NCBI GenBank assembly: GCA_963707985.1
Contig: CAVPRW010000029.1
Location: 1 to 64,000, forward strand
Origin: an uncultured Nitrospinota bacterium
Lineage (GTDB): Bacteria; Tectomicrobia; Entotheonellia; J063; CAVPRW01
Direction: 5' to 3'
DNA length: 64,000 nucleotides
Shown: piece after piece, positions 10,091 through 21,432 of the stretch
How positions within the stretch are numbered: the first letter of the stretch is position 1
How the letters are laid out: every line of letters starts with the position of its first letter
Program-made: the position numbers and the translations under genes
Notes under the pieces: generated by a model
Database searches by the model: none
What the model saw: only the letters and a program-made list of their open reading frames with translations
What the model was told of the DNA's origin: nothing

Positions 10091-10309
10091 ATGGCTGCAC
10101 AGTTGTCCAGCGCGCTTGCTATGCTAACAGAATTCTTTTCCGCAGCATACCTCGAAGCTGCCGCCCGTCGGACTGGCCTTGTCCAATGCACGTCGAACAT
10201 GACATACCGAATCTTTCTGGCTCTTGTCACCGTCGGGACGTGGAGTGACGCCAAGGCCACGCTGGCGCCATTGGCGGCACAATGGGCCACAACCGCAGGG
10301 GGCCGATAG
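10091..10309 (+). pseudogene. N-terminal fragment of an IS4-like transposase
   Basis: FFSAAYLEAAARRTGLVQ..S.MT.RIFLALV resembles IS4-family N-termini. No DDE domain follows. Confidence 0.5.
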
Positions 10310-10310
10310 G

Positions 10311-11066
10311 ATGGCACAGCTGTATGATGCAATTGGCCTTGGCTATGAGCAGTACCGTCGCCCCGACCCACGCATTGCGACTGCCATCCTAGACGCCCTG
10401 GGCGACGCGGCCACCGTGGTGAATGTCGGTGCTGGGGCCGGATCATATGAACCCGTGGACCGCTCGGTGGTGGCTGTAGAGCCTTCATTGACCATGATTC
10501 GCCAACGTCCGGCAGGCAGCGCTCCGGTCGTGCAGGCGTCGGCGACACACCTGCCCTTCCGCGATGCGGTCTTCGCCGCGGCGCTGGCCGTTCTCACAGT
10601 GCACCACTGGGCCGACCGCAGGCGTGGCCTCACGGAGTTGGCACGAGTCGCACAGCATCGGCTGGTGATCGTCACCTGGGATCCTGCGACCTCGGGATTC
10701 TGGCTCGTTGAGGACTACTTTCCCACGATTGCGGAGATCGATCGGCAGATCTTGCCGCCGATGGAGGAATTTCGCCAAGCGTTCGGGACTATCGAAGTCC
10801 GCCCCCTGCCGGTACCCTACGATTGCACCGATGGCTTCCTGGGGGCATACTGGCGGCGGCCGCATGCGTATCTGGACCCTGGCGTCCGCAGCGCTATCTC
10901 CACATTTGCCAAGATCAGCGACGTGGAATCCGGCCTGACGCGCCTACGCGGTGATCTCGCGGACGGCACCTGGGAACGTCGCTATGGCCATCTCTTACGC
11001 CAGTCCGAGCTGGATCTGGGCTACCGACTGGTCATTGCGCCCGGCGGGCATAGGGGAATTATCTAA
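10311..11066 (+). CDS. Class I SAM-dependent methyltransferase
   Basis: VVNVGAGAGSY motif I, VEPS, LPF.D, VHHW. Confidence 0.88.
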   Translation: MAQLYDAIGLGYEQYRRPDPRIATAILDALGDAATVVNVGAGAGSYEPVDRSVVAVEPSLTMIRQRPAGSAPVVQASATHLPFRDAVFAAALAVLTVHHWADRRRGLTELARVAQHRLVIVTWDPATSGFWLVEDYFPTIAEIDRQILPPMEEFRQAFGTIEVRPLPVPYDCTDGFLGAYWRRPHAYLDPGVRSAISTFAKISDVESGLTRLRGDLADGTWERRYGHLLRQSELDLGYRLVIAPGGHRGII

Positions 11067-11257
11067 CACACTCGCGCTCAGGTGCCTGGAGACATTCGAA
11101 GGAGCGCCCACCTGACCGTTCGTCGATTGAGAACAGTGCCCCATAGCTCGCGATCACTGGTCTATAATAGGTAGGCAGGAGCCTGTCGACAGATGCGCTT
11201 CGCGTGGTCGTTTCACAGCAGCGCCTGGACCCTACGCTTATCGAGGAGACTACGGCT

Positions 11258-12470
11258 ATGAAAATCTCAAGCCTCATGGTGCTACATCTCGTGGCCCTGT
11301 TTGTCATGTCCAACGGCGCGCTGGCCCAGACGGTCTACCCCACCGGGACGACGATTTATGTGGAGGGCCTCGCCTATGAGGGCGTAACCTTCTATCTGCC
11401 CTGACCAGCGGGCCGAACTGATCGACATGCAGGGCACGGTCATCCATGAATGGCTGTCCCCGGACCCCCTCGACGTCCCATTTTATCCCATATATGAGCC
11501 GCTCCCGGAGTCTCCCGGGCACGTCCTCGCCATCGAGAGCAACCGTGTACGCGAGCTGGATTGGGACTCCAATGTGGTGTGGGAATTCGTGGCACCAGTG
11601 AATCTGGGGGTTGGCGACCTCGACCATGGTGTGGAATTCCATCATGACGTCGTCAGGAGGGCCAACGGGAACACGATTATCTTGTGCTCGGTACAGATCC
11701 GGGTCCCAACCATTTCCCCGAAGCTCCTGAAAGATGACTGCATCATCGAGGTGACGCCAGCGGGGGCGATCGTAGGGCAGTGGTTCACCTTCCAGCATTT
11801 CGCCGAGTTCGGGTTTACGGCCGAAGCCCGGCAGTTAATCGCAGAAGCCCGAAATAATGGTGATTGGGCACACGCCAACGCCGTAAGTGAGATGCCGACG
11901 AACCATCATAGTCATCCTGTCTTCACCCCCGGTAACCTCATCGTCAGTTACAGAGAGCTGAACACGGTGATCGCCATCGACAGAGCTACGGGGGTTATCG
12001 CAGGGAGGGTGGGACCCAACGATAACCTGACCATCGGGCAGCATCAGCCGGAGATGATTCCGCTGGACCTTCCGGGGGCCGGCAACATACTCGTCTTTGA
12101 TAACGGGGGCGAGGCAGGGTATCCGACGCAATTCCGCGGTTTCTCCAGGGTGGTGGAATTCGATCCATCGACATTCGATCCAGCGACGCCAGCGCTTGTC
12201 CTCAATTACGACGCCACACGCTCCGGCCGCTTGGCCTTTAATTTCTTCAATCCCTTCGTGGGTGGGGTGCAGCGATTGCCGAACGGCAATACCCTGGCGG
12301 TCGAGGGCCTGAAAGGCCGGATCTTCGAGTTCACGCCGGAGGGAGACATCGTGTGGGAATACATGACGCCCTTTTCCGGAGTCCTCGGGATGCCGTCAGA
12401 CGTGGCAGTCCAGGTGCCAGGCATCTACCGTGCCTACCGGCTGCCCCTCTCCTGGATGCCTGACGAGTAG
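11258..12470 (+). CDS. Exported arylsulfate sulfotransferase (ASST)-like beta-propeller protein; frameshift near 11400
   Basis: Signal peptide and YPTGTTIY; HHDVVRRANGNT, DWAHANAV, GQHQP, ILVFDNG, SRVVEFDP and QRLPNGNTL motifs. Confidence 0.8.
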
Positions 12471-12818
12471 AACAGAGTGTAGTGAGGGATCCCACAGCCA
12501 CGAAGAGGCAGTCTGGGGCCAGGGTAAGCCTGGTGAAGACAAATTGGCGACGGTTGATCCCATGCGCGTGTGCACTGGGCTCCGTAGGTTGGACGATGCG
12601 AACTTCGCCGCCGCCAGGAAATGGTCTTTCTCATGGTGATGGTTCCATTATAGAGGGGGAAATTCTTCACCTCAACGGCAGACATACACTACGCTTTCGT
12701 GCTAGGATGGCCTCAAATTACCCCTACGAGCCGATGGCGGAAGGCAGCCCTTCGCCGTGTGTCGGCTGGCTAAGACCACACGTGACGACCTTTCGCCCCC
12801 GCAGGAAAGGAGGCGTCG

Positions 12819-13841
12819 ATGGACTTCGGGATTTTCAGCATGTTTACCACTCGTGAAGGACGGACCCAGGCGCAGGTCTTCAAGGAATGGTTTGACCTGG
12901 TGCAGGTGGCTGAAGACCTGGGCCTCGATACCTTTTGGCTGGGCGAATCGCATTTCCGGCCGAATCGCGCCGTCCTGGCGTCCCCGCTCATCGGCGCCAG
13001 CGCCATCGCCGCTCGCACCTCGCGGATTCGCGTGGGATTAGCGGTGCAGGTGCTGCCCCTGGCCAATCCGCTGCGCATCGCCGAAGAGGCCGCCATCGTG
13101 GACCACATCAGCGCCGGTCGCCTGATCTTCGGGGTCGGCCGCAGCTCATTTCTCGAGTCCTATCAGGGCTACAATGTGGATTACGAGGAAAGTCGTGCGC
13201 TCTTCTTCGAGTCGTTGGAGATCATCCAGCGAGCTTGGGGTGATACACCTTTCTCCTACGATGGGCACTACTATACGTTCCATAACGTCGATCTGGTACC
13301 CAAGCCTTATCAGCGGCCACATCCGCCCATCCGCGTGGCCGTCGAAAGCCGGGATACGTTCCCGCTTATCGGGCGCATGGGCTTACCCATTTTCATCCGG
13401 CATCAGATGGACATCCCCGAGTTGCAAGAGTTGCTGAAGCAATATGGGGAGGAGCGTCATGCCGCGGGATTCCCTGGTCCGAACGATGTCATTTTGCAAA
13501 TCGCGGGCTACGTCGCGGACACCGCCGAACAGGCATACACAGAGCCGCAGGCCAGTACGATGCGGCAACGACGCCTGGTCCGGGAAGCGTTGGGTCGCAC
13601 CGCCGACCAGGAAGCCTTCGAGCGCCTCAGACGGCTTTCCGAGGTGAGTTATGACGAGGTGCTGCAACGGGTGGCCTATGGCACGCCGGAAGTGGTGGTC
13701 GAGCGCCTACTGGAGTACAAAGAGACCCTCGGTATCACAGGTGTGTCGCTGGACCTGAACCCCGGTGGCCAGATACCCTATGACCGCGTGGTGCACTCGA
13801 TGCGCCTACTCACCGAGCAGGTGATCCCCCAGTTCAAATAA
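12819..13841 (+). CDS. LLM-class flavin-dependent oxidoreductase
   Basis: AEDLGLDTFWLGESHF, PLRIAEEAAIVDHISAGRLIFGVGR, PKPYQRPHPPI. Confidence 0.92.
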   Translation: MDFGIFSMFTTREGRTQAQVFKEWFDLVQVAEDLGLDTFWLGESHFRPNRAVLASPLIGASAIAARTSRIRVGLAVQVLPLANPLRIAEEAAIVDHISAGRLIFGVGRSSFLESYQGYNVDYEESRALFFESLEIIQRAWGDTPFSYDGHYYTFHNVDLVPKPYQRPHPPIRVAVESRDTFPLIGRMGLPIFIRHQMDIPELQELLKQYGEERHAAGFPGPNDVILQIAGYVADTAEQAYTEPQASTMRQRRLVREALGRTADQEAFERLRRLSEVSYDEVLQRVAYGTPEVVVERLLEYKETLGITGVSLDLNPGGQIPYDRVVHSMRLLTEQVIPQFK

Positions 13842-13919
13842 CCACTGTTCTCTGCCATCCAAGATCGTGACTTCACGCCTCACCCAGGCGCCGCAGGCGC
13901 CAAGCGAAAGGAGGCTCAC

Positions 13920-15665
13920 ATGGCTAGCAAGGATTGGCCTCGCTCCACCCGGCCCGTCATCATGGGCACGCGCCACATGATCTCCGCCGGCCATTACCTG
14001 GCCGCTGCCGCTGGCTACCGGATTCTCGAAGCGGGCGGGAACGCCGTGGACGCCGGTGTCGCCGCGGGTCTCTGTATCAATGTGACGCAGGCGGACCTGA
14101 CCAACATCGGCGGCGTGGCACCGCTCATGATGTATCTGGCTGACAGCGGCACGGTCGAGACCATCAGCGGGCTCGGCTGGTGGCCAAAGGCGGCCACGAT
14201 CGACTTCTTCCAACGCGAACAGGGGGGTCGTATCCGGCGCGGGGTCAACCGCTGTGTCCTGCCATCCGCCATCGATGCCTGGCTGACGGCGCTGGAACGG
14301 CACGGGACGATGACGTTTGCCGATGTGGCGGCGCCGGCGATCGAACTGGCGGACGACGGCTTCCCCATGTACGACGTGATGCTGGACATCCTGTCCACGC
14401 CGAGCGCGCTGGAAGGCATGCGCCAGTGGCCCTCGACCCGTAGCGTCTTCTTACCCGATGGCCAGCCGATCCCGCTTGGTGCACGGGTGGTGCAGAAGGA
14501 CCTCGCCCACACGCTGCGCCTGCTGGTGGAGGCCGAGAGCGGGGCGACGAGCCGTGCGGCCGGTATCCGGGCGGCCCGCGACCGCTTCTATACCGGCGAC
14601 ATCGCCGAGCGCATGGTCCGCTTTACGCGCGAGCAGGGCGGCTGGTTGACCATGCAGGATCTGGCTGAGTTCCACGTCGCCGTCGAGGAACCGGTCAAAA
14701 CCACCTACCGCGGTTACGAGGTCTACGCCTGTGGCCCCTGGTGTCAGGGACCGGTCGTCCCGCAGACGCTGAATATCCTCGAACAGTATGACCTGGCTGG
14801 CCAGGACCGCTTCAGTGCGGAAGTGTACCATCTGATTATTGAGGCGCTGAAGGCCTCCTTCGCCGACCGTGATCGGTATTATGGCGACCCGCGCTTCGTT
14901 GATGTGCCTATCGACGGCCTGCTGTCGAAGGCGTACGCCAAGCAGTGGCAGGAGCGCATCGACCTGTGCATGGCGACCCCAGGCATGCCCGAGCCGGGAG
15001 ACGCCTGGGCCTATGCGGCGCGCCAGGAGCGCTCACCGAGCCACTGGAAATACCCCGACCCCAGTGAGGGGGAGGTCGAACCCGATACGAGCTATGTCTG
15101 TGTCGTCGACCGCTGGGGGAACGCCTTCTCCGCCACTCCAAGCGATGGCGTGACCGGCTCTCCGCTGGTCGAAGGACTGGGATTCATCATCTCCAGTCGG
15201 GGCATGCAAAGTTGGCTCGATCCGAATCATCCCAGCTGCCTGGTGCCTGGGAAGCGGCCGCGCCTGACGCCAGCTCCCGGCATGGTCCTCAAGGATGGTC
15301 GGTTGGTGATGCCCTACGGCACGCCCGGCAACGACATGCAGCCGCAGGCCATGGTGCAGTTTCTGGTCAATATCATCGACTACCAGATGAATCCGCAGCA
15401 AGCGATGGACGCGCCGCGCTGTGCCACCTTCAGCTTCCCACGCTCTTCTGATCCACATCCATACACGCCGGGCCTATGCCACCTAGAGGCGCGCGTCGAC
15501 CCCAGCGTGCCTGAGGCCCTGCTACGGATGGGACACAAGTTGCGCATGTGGCCAGACTGGACCAAAGGGGCTGGATCACTGGGCGCCATCCAGGTCGATC
15601 ATGAGCGCGGCGTGCTCCACGGTGCGGCCGATCGGCGTCGCATGGCCTATGCCATCGGGCGGTGA
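13920..15665 (+). CDS. Gamma-glutamyltransferase family protein
   Basis: GGNAVDAGVA, DTSY (nucleophile Thr), PGKRPRLT, GTPG.D.QPQ, GAADRRR. Confidence 0.92.
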   Translation: MASKDWPRSTRPVIMGTRHMISAGHYLAAAAGYRILEAGGNAVDAGVAAGLCINVTQADLTNIGGVAPLMMYLADSGTVETISGLGWWPKAATIDFFQREQGGRIRRGVNRCVLPSAIDAWLTALERHGTMTFADVAAPAIELADDGFPMYDVMLDILSTPSALEGMRQWPSTRSVFLPDGQPIPLGARVVQKDLAHTLRLLVEAESGATSRAAGIRAARDRFYTGDIAERMVRFTREQGGWLTMQDLAEFHVAVEEPVKTTYRGYEVYACGPWCQGPVVPQTLNILEQYDLAGQDRFSAEVYHLIIEALKASFADRDRYYGDPRFVDVPIDGLLSKAYAKQWQERIDLCMATPGMPEPGDAWAYAARQERSPSHWKYPDPSEGEVEPDTSYVCVVDRWGNAFSATPSDGVTGSPLVEGLGFIISSRGMQSWLDPNHPSCLVPGKRPRLTPAPGMVLKDGRLVMPYGTPGNDMQPQAMVQFLVNIIDYQMNPQQAMDAPRCATFSFPRSSDPHPYTPGLCHLEARVDPSVPEALLRMGHKLRMWPDWTKGAGSLGAIQVDHERGVLHGAADRRRMAYAIGR

Positions 15666-15667
15666 GA

Positions 15668-16180
15668 CACGGCATGCGGCGGGCGCCACATGAACATCGT
15701 GAACGTCAACTTGTCCGGCGTCACATCGATGACGGTGAAGCCGTTCTTCTCCGTCGGCTTGAGCGCTTCGTCCATGCCCACGAGCTGCGAGGGCTTCGAT
15801 TCGACGCTGCGGAAGGCCGACGGGAAGGCCATGTCCCCCGTCCCCAGCGTGCCGGTCATCACCACGTGTACGGGCTGCGCCAGCGCGAGCTCGCCCGAGC
15901 GCACCATCGTGCCGACAGCCGAGGCGTGGAAGTCTCCCTGGACAATGACCGGAGCGCGCCTGGTCTGCGCGGCGAGGGCCTCGATCAGCCGCTGGTGCTG
16001 CGCAAACCAGCCACGCTGCCAGCCTGCCTTCTCCTGGTACAGCACCAGCCGCCCAGTCTCATCGTCGAGCAGATCCGGGTACCAGTCGCCCAGCTTGCCG
16101 GAGGAATATGCGAACGGCAGCGACGGTGCGTGGAAGAAATGCGTCGTGTCCTCCGCTTCATCCTGTCCTCCCTTCATATA
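15668..16180 (-). pseudogene. C-terminal fragment of a metallophosphoesterase-like protein
   Basis: Protein-like frame with VIVQGDFHA and EKNGFTVIDV. No credible start. Confidence 0.4.
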
Positions 16181-16559
16181 CCGAAGCAAAGATGTGCGGC
16201 GCAGCTCCGCGGCCGCTACGGTTGAATGGCAGTGCGGATGCCTTCTTGCGCGAGGCTGGATCCAACAAGTGCTTCGAGCGCGCCACCCTCGGGAATTTCC
16301 ACCTCGGCGGTGATCGTAGTGTATAGCAAATTCACACGCTATTTGCCGATGACCATTGTTGCTGGTGTAGCTCGTTTCCACTGCGGTGGAACTCATGCCT
16401 AACATCCCGGTTCAGCGGAGGCACGAAGCGGCGTTCGGTGCCACTAATCGTTTAGCTGCCCCGTCTTGGCGACAATCATTTTCCTCTTCGCGCTGGGGCG
16501 AAGGTAGTGCTGCTCCCCCACCTGGAGCACGGACTGCTGCTCCTGGTGGGGGAGCAGTG

Positions 16560-16810
16560 GCGCCTGTGCGACGACGTACGCACGCTGGACGGGGTCCTGC
16601 TCGACAGCCTGCAGGCGCTGATTGGGCGGCAGGTGGAGGCGGTAGCACCCGAGGCGCAACAGTGCCTCGCGGTGGCGAGTGTGGCGGGGGTACAATTTAC
16701 GGCAGTGGAGGTGGCGGTGGGTCTCCAGTGCCCGATGGAAGATGTGGCAGGCCTCTGTGATAGCTTGTGCCAGCAGGGGTCGTTCCTGGTGGTGCAGGAG
16801 AGGGTGAGCG
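16560..16810 (+). pseudogene. Internal fragment of an AAA-ATPase/STAND regulator
   Basis: DSLQALIGRQVEAVAPEAQQCLAVASVAGVQFTA resembles the post-ATPase helical region of STAND proteins. Confidence 0.5.
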
Positions 16811-16814
16811 TCTG

Positions 16815-16987
16815 GGCTTCGCGACGAAGCTCCGCTGGGTGTCTTCAAAGTCCTGCGTGTCGGCGCAGGGTAGCGACTGCAGCACCTTCGCGTTCGCGGC
16901 CTTGGTCGCCGCGATGGCCGGCATGGACGGCTGCGATGCGGGTGGCTGGCCCTGCGCCACGAGAGTCGTCACGAGGACTTTGACCAC
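16815..16987 (-). pseudogene. N-terminal fragment of an alkyl sulfatase-like (MBL fold) protein
   Basis: ATKAANAKVLQSLPCADTQDFEDTQRSFVA matches the typical alkyl sulfatase N-terminus. Confidence 0.55.
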
Positions 16988-16993
16988 ACGGGA

Positions 16994-18100
16994 TCAGTAT
17001 GGAGGCTCACGGCCCGATGGGCCGTCTGTCCCGCCGAGGCATAGGCTATTCCCCCGTTCGATCTCTACCTCTTGACTCTTCGACGGATATTCTTTTCCGG
17101 CACGCCGCAAGGGTGCGCTGACGTGATGCAGATAGCGCAAGGTCTCTCCATAGGCCTGGAGTATGCCGGTCTCATAATAGGGAATCGCATGTGCTTGGCA
17201 AAAGGCTTTGACCGTCGCCTGTGCCACTTTGAGCTTGTTCCTGGCTATATGGGGGAAGAGGTGATGCTCAATTTGATAGTTCAGGCCGCCAAACCAGAAA
17301 TCTGTCAACGGGTGCGATCTGACATTTCTAGCCGTGAGGACCTGCTGTCGGAGTAAATCCAGAGTGCCGTTGCCCGTGAGTACGAGCATTCCTTTATGAT
17401 TGGAGGCAAAGGTGGAGCCCATATAGAGTCCGAACAGCATCTGGTGCACCAGAATGAAGGCCATCCCCTGCCACACTCCGAGGAGAGCGAGCACAAAGCC
17501 CACGTAGATCAAGACGTGGAAGCCCATGAATAGCGCTTCGATCACGCGAAACCTAGCGCGCTTGGAAAGCAGAAACTTGATGCTGTGAAAGCGTATGGCG
17601 AAGCTTTGCAGCAACAGCAACGGGAAGAATAGATGGGCCTGGTGTTTCACGATGGCGCGGCTCAATCCCCTGCTATTACGACTTTGCTCATCGGAGAAGG
17701 CGAGGAACCGCAGTCTGACATCAGGGTCTCGTTCGAGATGATTCGGATTCCTGTGATGCTGGTTGTGCTTCTCGGTCCACCAGCTATAGCTGATGGCCGT
17801 CAGCAGGGTACACAGTAGGCCAAAGACATGCGTCTTCCAGACAGACCGAAATATCTGCCGGTGACCGGCGTCATGCCCCATGAAGGCAATTTGGGTGAAT
17901 ACGAAGGCGAGAAACGCGGCATTCAGCATCTGCACCCAGAAGAGAGTCGTCGACACCAAGATGCCCACTGCCAGAACGAGGAAACTCAAATTTTGCAGGG
18001 CTTTACCGGTATAATAAAGCGGCTGGCTGTCGAACAACCCCTGCTGGGCGAGGAGCCTCCTCAACTCGGCATACTCATGGGCGTGCGTGTTGGATTGCAT
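16994..18100 (-). CDS. Membrane-bound fatty acid (acyl-CoA) desaturase
   Basis: His boxes HDAGH, HNQHH and QIEHH. Confidence 0.92.
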   Translation of the reverse strand: MQSNTHAHEYAELRRLLAQQGLFDSQPLYYTGKALQNLSFLVLAVGILVSTTLFWVQMLNAAFLAFVFTQIAFMGHDAGHRQIFRSVWKTHVFGLLCTLLTAISYSWWTEKHNQHHRNPNHLERDPDVRLRFLAFSDEQSRNSRGLSRAIVKHQAHLFFPLLLLQSFAIRFHSIKFLLSKRARFRVIEALFMGFHVLIYVGFVLALLGVWQGMAFILVHQMLFGLYMGSTFASNHKGMLVLTGNGTLDLLRQQVLTARNVRSHPLTDFWFGGLNYQIEHHLFPHIARNKLKVAQATVKAFCQAHAIPYYETGILQAYGETLRYLHHVSAPLRRAGKEYPSKSQEVEIERGNSLCLGGTDGPSGREPPY

Positions 18101-18950
18101 CCTGTGAGGCCTCTTGAGCTAATGGTTCTGGGGGTTATGGAGGCGACACCTCTCCTACGCCCCGAGACAGGGATGCCATGGACAAGTGCCATGGTCCGTT
18201 CCCTGTCTCGAGGATGAGGTCTCACCCATCCGCTTGAGAAAACGCAATGTACGGAGGTTCCAAGTGCCAACGATGCAACAACGTGTCCCCCATGTACCGC
18301 ACCACATGACGGGTCATGCCGATGGACTGACGACTGCTGGCGCCTTGCGATATCTGATTACAAGGCGCTGACCTCCGGTGGATCGCAGCAGGGGCCAGTC
18401 TGGACATAACCCGTGTAGATATGGCCATCCTCAGCCCAGCTGGCCCACCCATCAGTGTAGATCGTGGCGTGTTCCAGGATCAGCTGCCGCGCATGCGCGG
18501 CGTTCACTCGGCAGCGCAACTCGACTCGTGCCGCTTCAAAGCGACGTGGTGGCATCCGGTCATCTCGAGCAGGGCTCCGCATGGTTGTTCCTCCCCCCTG
18601 ATCGTCTCCCAACGTCTTGCTTGCAATGCCGCCCCTAACACCCTGCCCCATGTTGTCTTAGGCAGGATCGGCGGTCCGTGGTTTGAGCACAAACGACATC
18701 CGGCGCCGGTGGTTTCCAGGGTGGGGGTCCGCTGGTGGATCCACCCTGCAACCGTTGCTGCAGCAGCGCCAGTTCCTCCGCATGTGGTGATGGACCGAGA
18801 CTACGGCGTCTGCGGGACCCTGCAGAAGTCAATCGTCACGCTCCATGCACATGCTTGGCATGGTGCCAGGACGATACAGCATACTCTGGTGCAGGCGGGA
18901 TCGCCAGGTGTCCGTCATCGGGACAAACACATGCGCTCTGTACCCTGCAG

Positions 18951-19151
18951 TCATGTGAGTTTGAGGCGCTTTAGCAACAGATCGATGGCCTCACGGACGA
19001 GCTCAGCCCGGCTGGTATGCTCGGCATCCGCCAAGCGATCCAGCGCGGCCAGCTGACTTTTCCGCAAATGTATGCTCACGGTCACCAGAGGATCCTCCTC
19101 CCACCCCTGTTTCCGCGGGCGTCCCCCTCGAGGCGCACGCGAAGCCGCCAT
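18951..19151 (-). CDS. Ribbon-helix-helix (CopG-like) DNA-binding protein
   Basis: GRPRK, then VSIHLRKSQLAALDRLADAEHTSRAELVREAID. Confidence 0.7.
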   Translation of the reverse strand: MAASRAPRGGRPRKQGWEEDPLVTVSIHLRKSQLAALDRLADAEHTSRAELVREAIDLLLKRLKLT

Positions 19152-21079
19152 TCTATGCCTCTCCTTTCCGCCACGGGTCGTCTCCCGCACGACATGCCAT
19201 CACAGCCCCACTGGGCAGGCCCGGAGGATCGCTCTTGCCTTCCGGGATGATCCTCTGCGAGAGTCTTCCAAGCTACTTCAGAGTGTATTCAAGTCTCAGG
19301 AGTATTTCAATATATATTTATTGATGTGGGCAGGTTCAGCGTGGCGATGGGCCATGGTCTTGAAGTTGCTTCCACAGAAGTAGCGCAGGGGCTGGGCGAG
19401 GCCTAGCGGCACGTATGTCATGTGATTCTCTACTGATATTCTATGTGTGTCCGGCTTTGATGATAGCAACAGATATGCTATCATCTGACGATAGCACCTA
19501 GAATTGTTGCTGAGTTTGACGTGGAGACGCATTTTCGCGCCGGTGCAGTGACGCGTGTTCACGTCCGGACGAGAGGTCAACGTCGCGCACGCGCGGTGTG
19601 GTGGAGCAGTAATGCATTTGACAGATTACCATGCAAAATATTTCGCTCACGAGTTGACCAAGCGCTGCCCTTCTGACAGCCTCGAGAAGCTCGCTGGAGC
19701 GCTGGTGGATGCGCAAGTCGATTTGAACCCGCATCAAGTCGAAGCCGCCCTCTTCGCGTTCAAATCACCGCTGTCGAAAGGAGCGATTTTCGCAGATGAG
19801 GTGGGGTTAGGGAAGACCATCGAAGCAGGGTTGGTCATTTCCCAAAAATGGGCCGAGCGCAAACGCCGTATTCTGGTCATCACTCCCGCACATCTTCGCA
19901 AGCAGTGGCACCAGGAACTGCAGGAGAAGTTCTTCCTGCCCTGCCGTATTCTCGAATCCAAGTCCTACAATGCGGAGATCAAGCAGGGAAACTTCCACCC
20001 ATTTCACGCCGAGGACATTATCATCTGCTCGTACCAGTTCGCACGCGGCAAAGCCGCAGACGTGAGCCGCATGAGTTGGGACCTCGTCGTCATTGATGAA
20101 GCGCACAGGCTGCGCAATGTATACAAACCGTCTAACATCATCGCCAATACGCTCAAGGACACGCTCAACGACGATCCGAAGCTGCTTCTCACGGCAACAC
20201 CATTGCAGAATTCACTTCTGGAGCTCTATGGGTTGGTCAGCTTTATCGACGAGCGGACCTTCGGCGACCTCAAGAGCTTCCGCGAACAGTTTGCCAACCT
20301 GAAAAACCCCAGGGTCTTCGAGACGCTCAAAGCACGTCTGCAACCGGTTTGCCAGCGGACACTTCGTCGGCAAGTACTCCCATATGTCCGCTATACCAAA
20401 CGACTGCCTATGGTGCAGCCGTTTACCCCTGAAGAAGCTGAAGATCGCCTCTACCACTTGGTCTCGGAATATCTTCGGCGTGGCAATCTCCAGGCCCTGC
20501 CAGCCAGCCAGCGCTCACTGATGACGCTGGTCCTCCGGAAATTACTCGCCTCCTCGACCTTCGCCATCGCTGGCGCCTTGGAGACCATGAGCCAACGGCT
20601 GCGTGCTAGGCTGCAACAGGACAATGCACGCCATGACCTCGAAGGGGAGCTGAACGAGGATTTCGAAGCGTTCGATGACATGGCTGAAGAATGGGGTGAG
20701 GAGAGCACCGCACCCGAGCCGCTCTCGACCAGTGAGCGTACCGCACTCACCCAAGAAATAGCTGATCTGGAAAGCTTCCGCGCGCTGGCCGTGTCGATCA
20801 CCCACAATGCCAAGGGTACGGCGCTGCTCACGGCATTACAGACGGCCTTCGTTAAGGCCGAAGCACTCGGCGCCGCGCGCAAAGCCATCGTCTTTACCGA
20901 ATCACGACGCACGCAAGACTATCTGCTCCGCGTCCTGGCGAATAGCCCATACAAGGACGGCGTCGTCCTATTCAACGGCTCCAACAATGACGAAAAGTCT
21001 CGCCAAATCTATGCCGATTGGCTCGCGCGCCACATGGACACCGATCGCGTGACTGACTCACGCAGCGCGGATATGCGGT

Positions 21080-21184
21080 TATAGACTTTAAGAAAAAGAT
21101 TTTGGGGTCAGTGATGATACAAACCCTCGATTTACAGGGTGTTCCAAATTCACTTGCCCCAAAAACATTATCTTAAGATCTATA
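21080..21184. mobile_element. 105-bp MITE-like element
   Basis: 35-bp terminal inverted repeats (28/35 identical) with TATA at both ends. AT-rich, located exactly at the helicase deletion junction. Confidence 0.7.
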
Positions 21185-21204
21185 GAAGGCGCGCGCTGTT
21201 TGAC

Positions 21205-21318
21205 GCCCAGGACGATATTGATCGTCATCGTGAGCAGCTTATTGCTGAAATTGAGGGCAAGCTCGGACAAAAGACGACTCTCCAGGAGCTGTTCTCTATC
21301 CGGTGGAAGATCATATGA
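21205..21318 (+). repeat. 114-bp direct repeat, copy 1 (helicase 3' end)
   Basis: 107/114 identical to 22489-22602. Confidence 0.95.
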
Positions 21319-21432
21319 GGGGGGAAATCCCTGGAAAACGCTTGCCAGCCGGCGCATCATCTGTAAAATAGAGAAGGCTAATCATTTTAGCCAGCAAGCC
21401 ACTGCAGCGATCTCCGATGGCAAGGGCGGCAG

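Larger units (their letters stand above)
19612..21318 (+). pseudogene. SNF2-family helicase associated with Type III RM; internally deleted
   Basis: ADEVGLGKT, DEAH, TATPLQN, IVFTESRRTQ. The frame breaks at SADMR (21078). The C-terminal tail RRALFDAQDDIDRHREQLIAEIE...LFSIRWKII* resumes at about 21185-21318. Confidence 0.85.
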
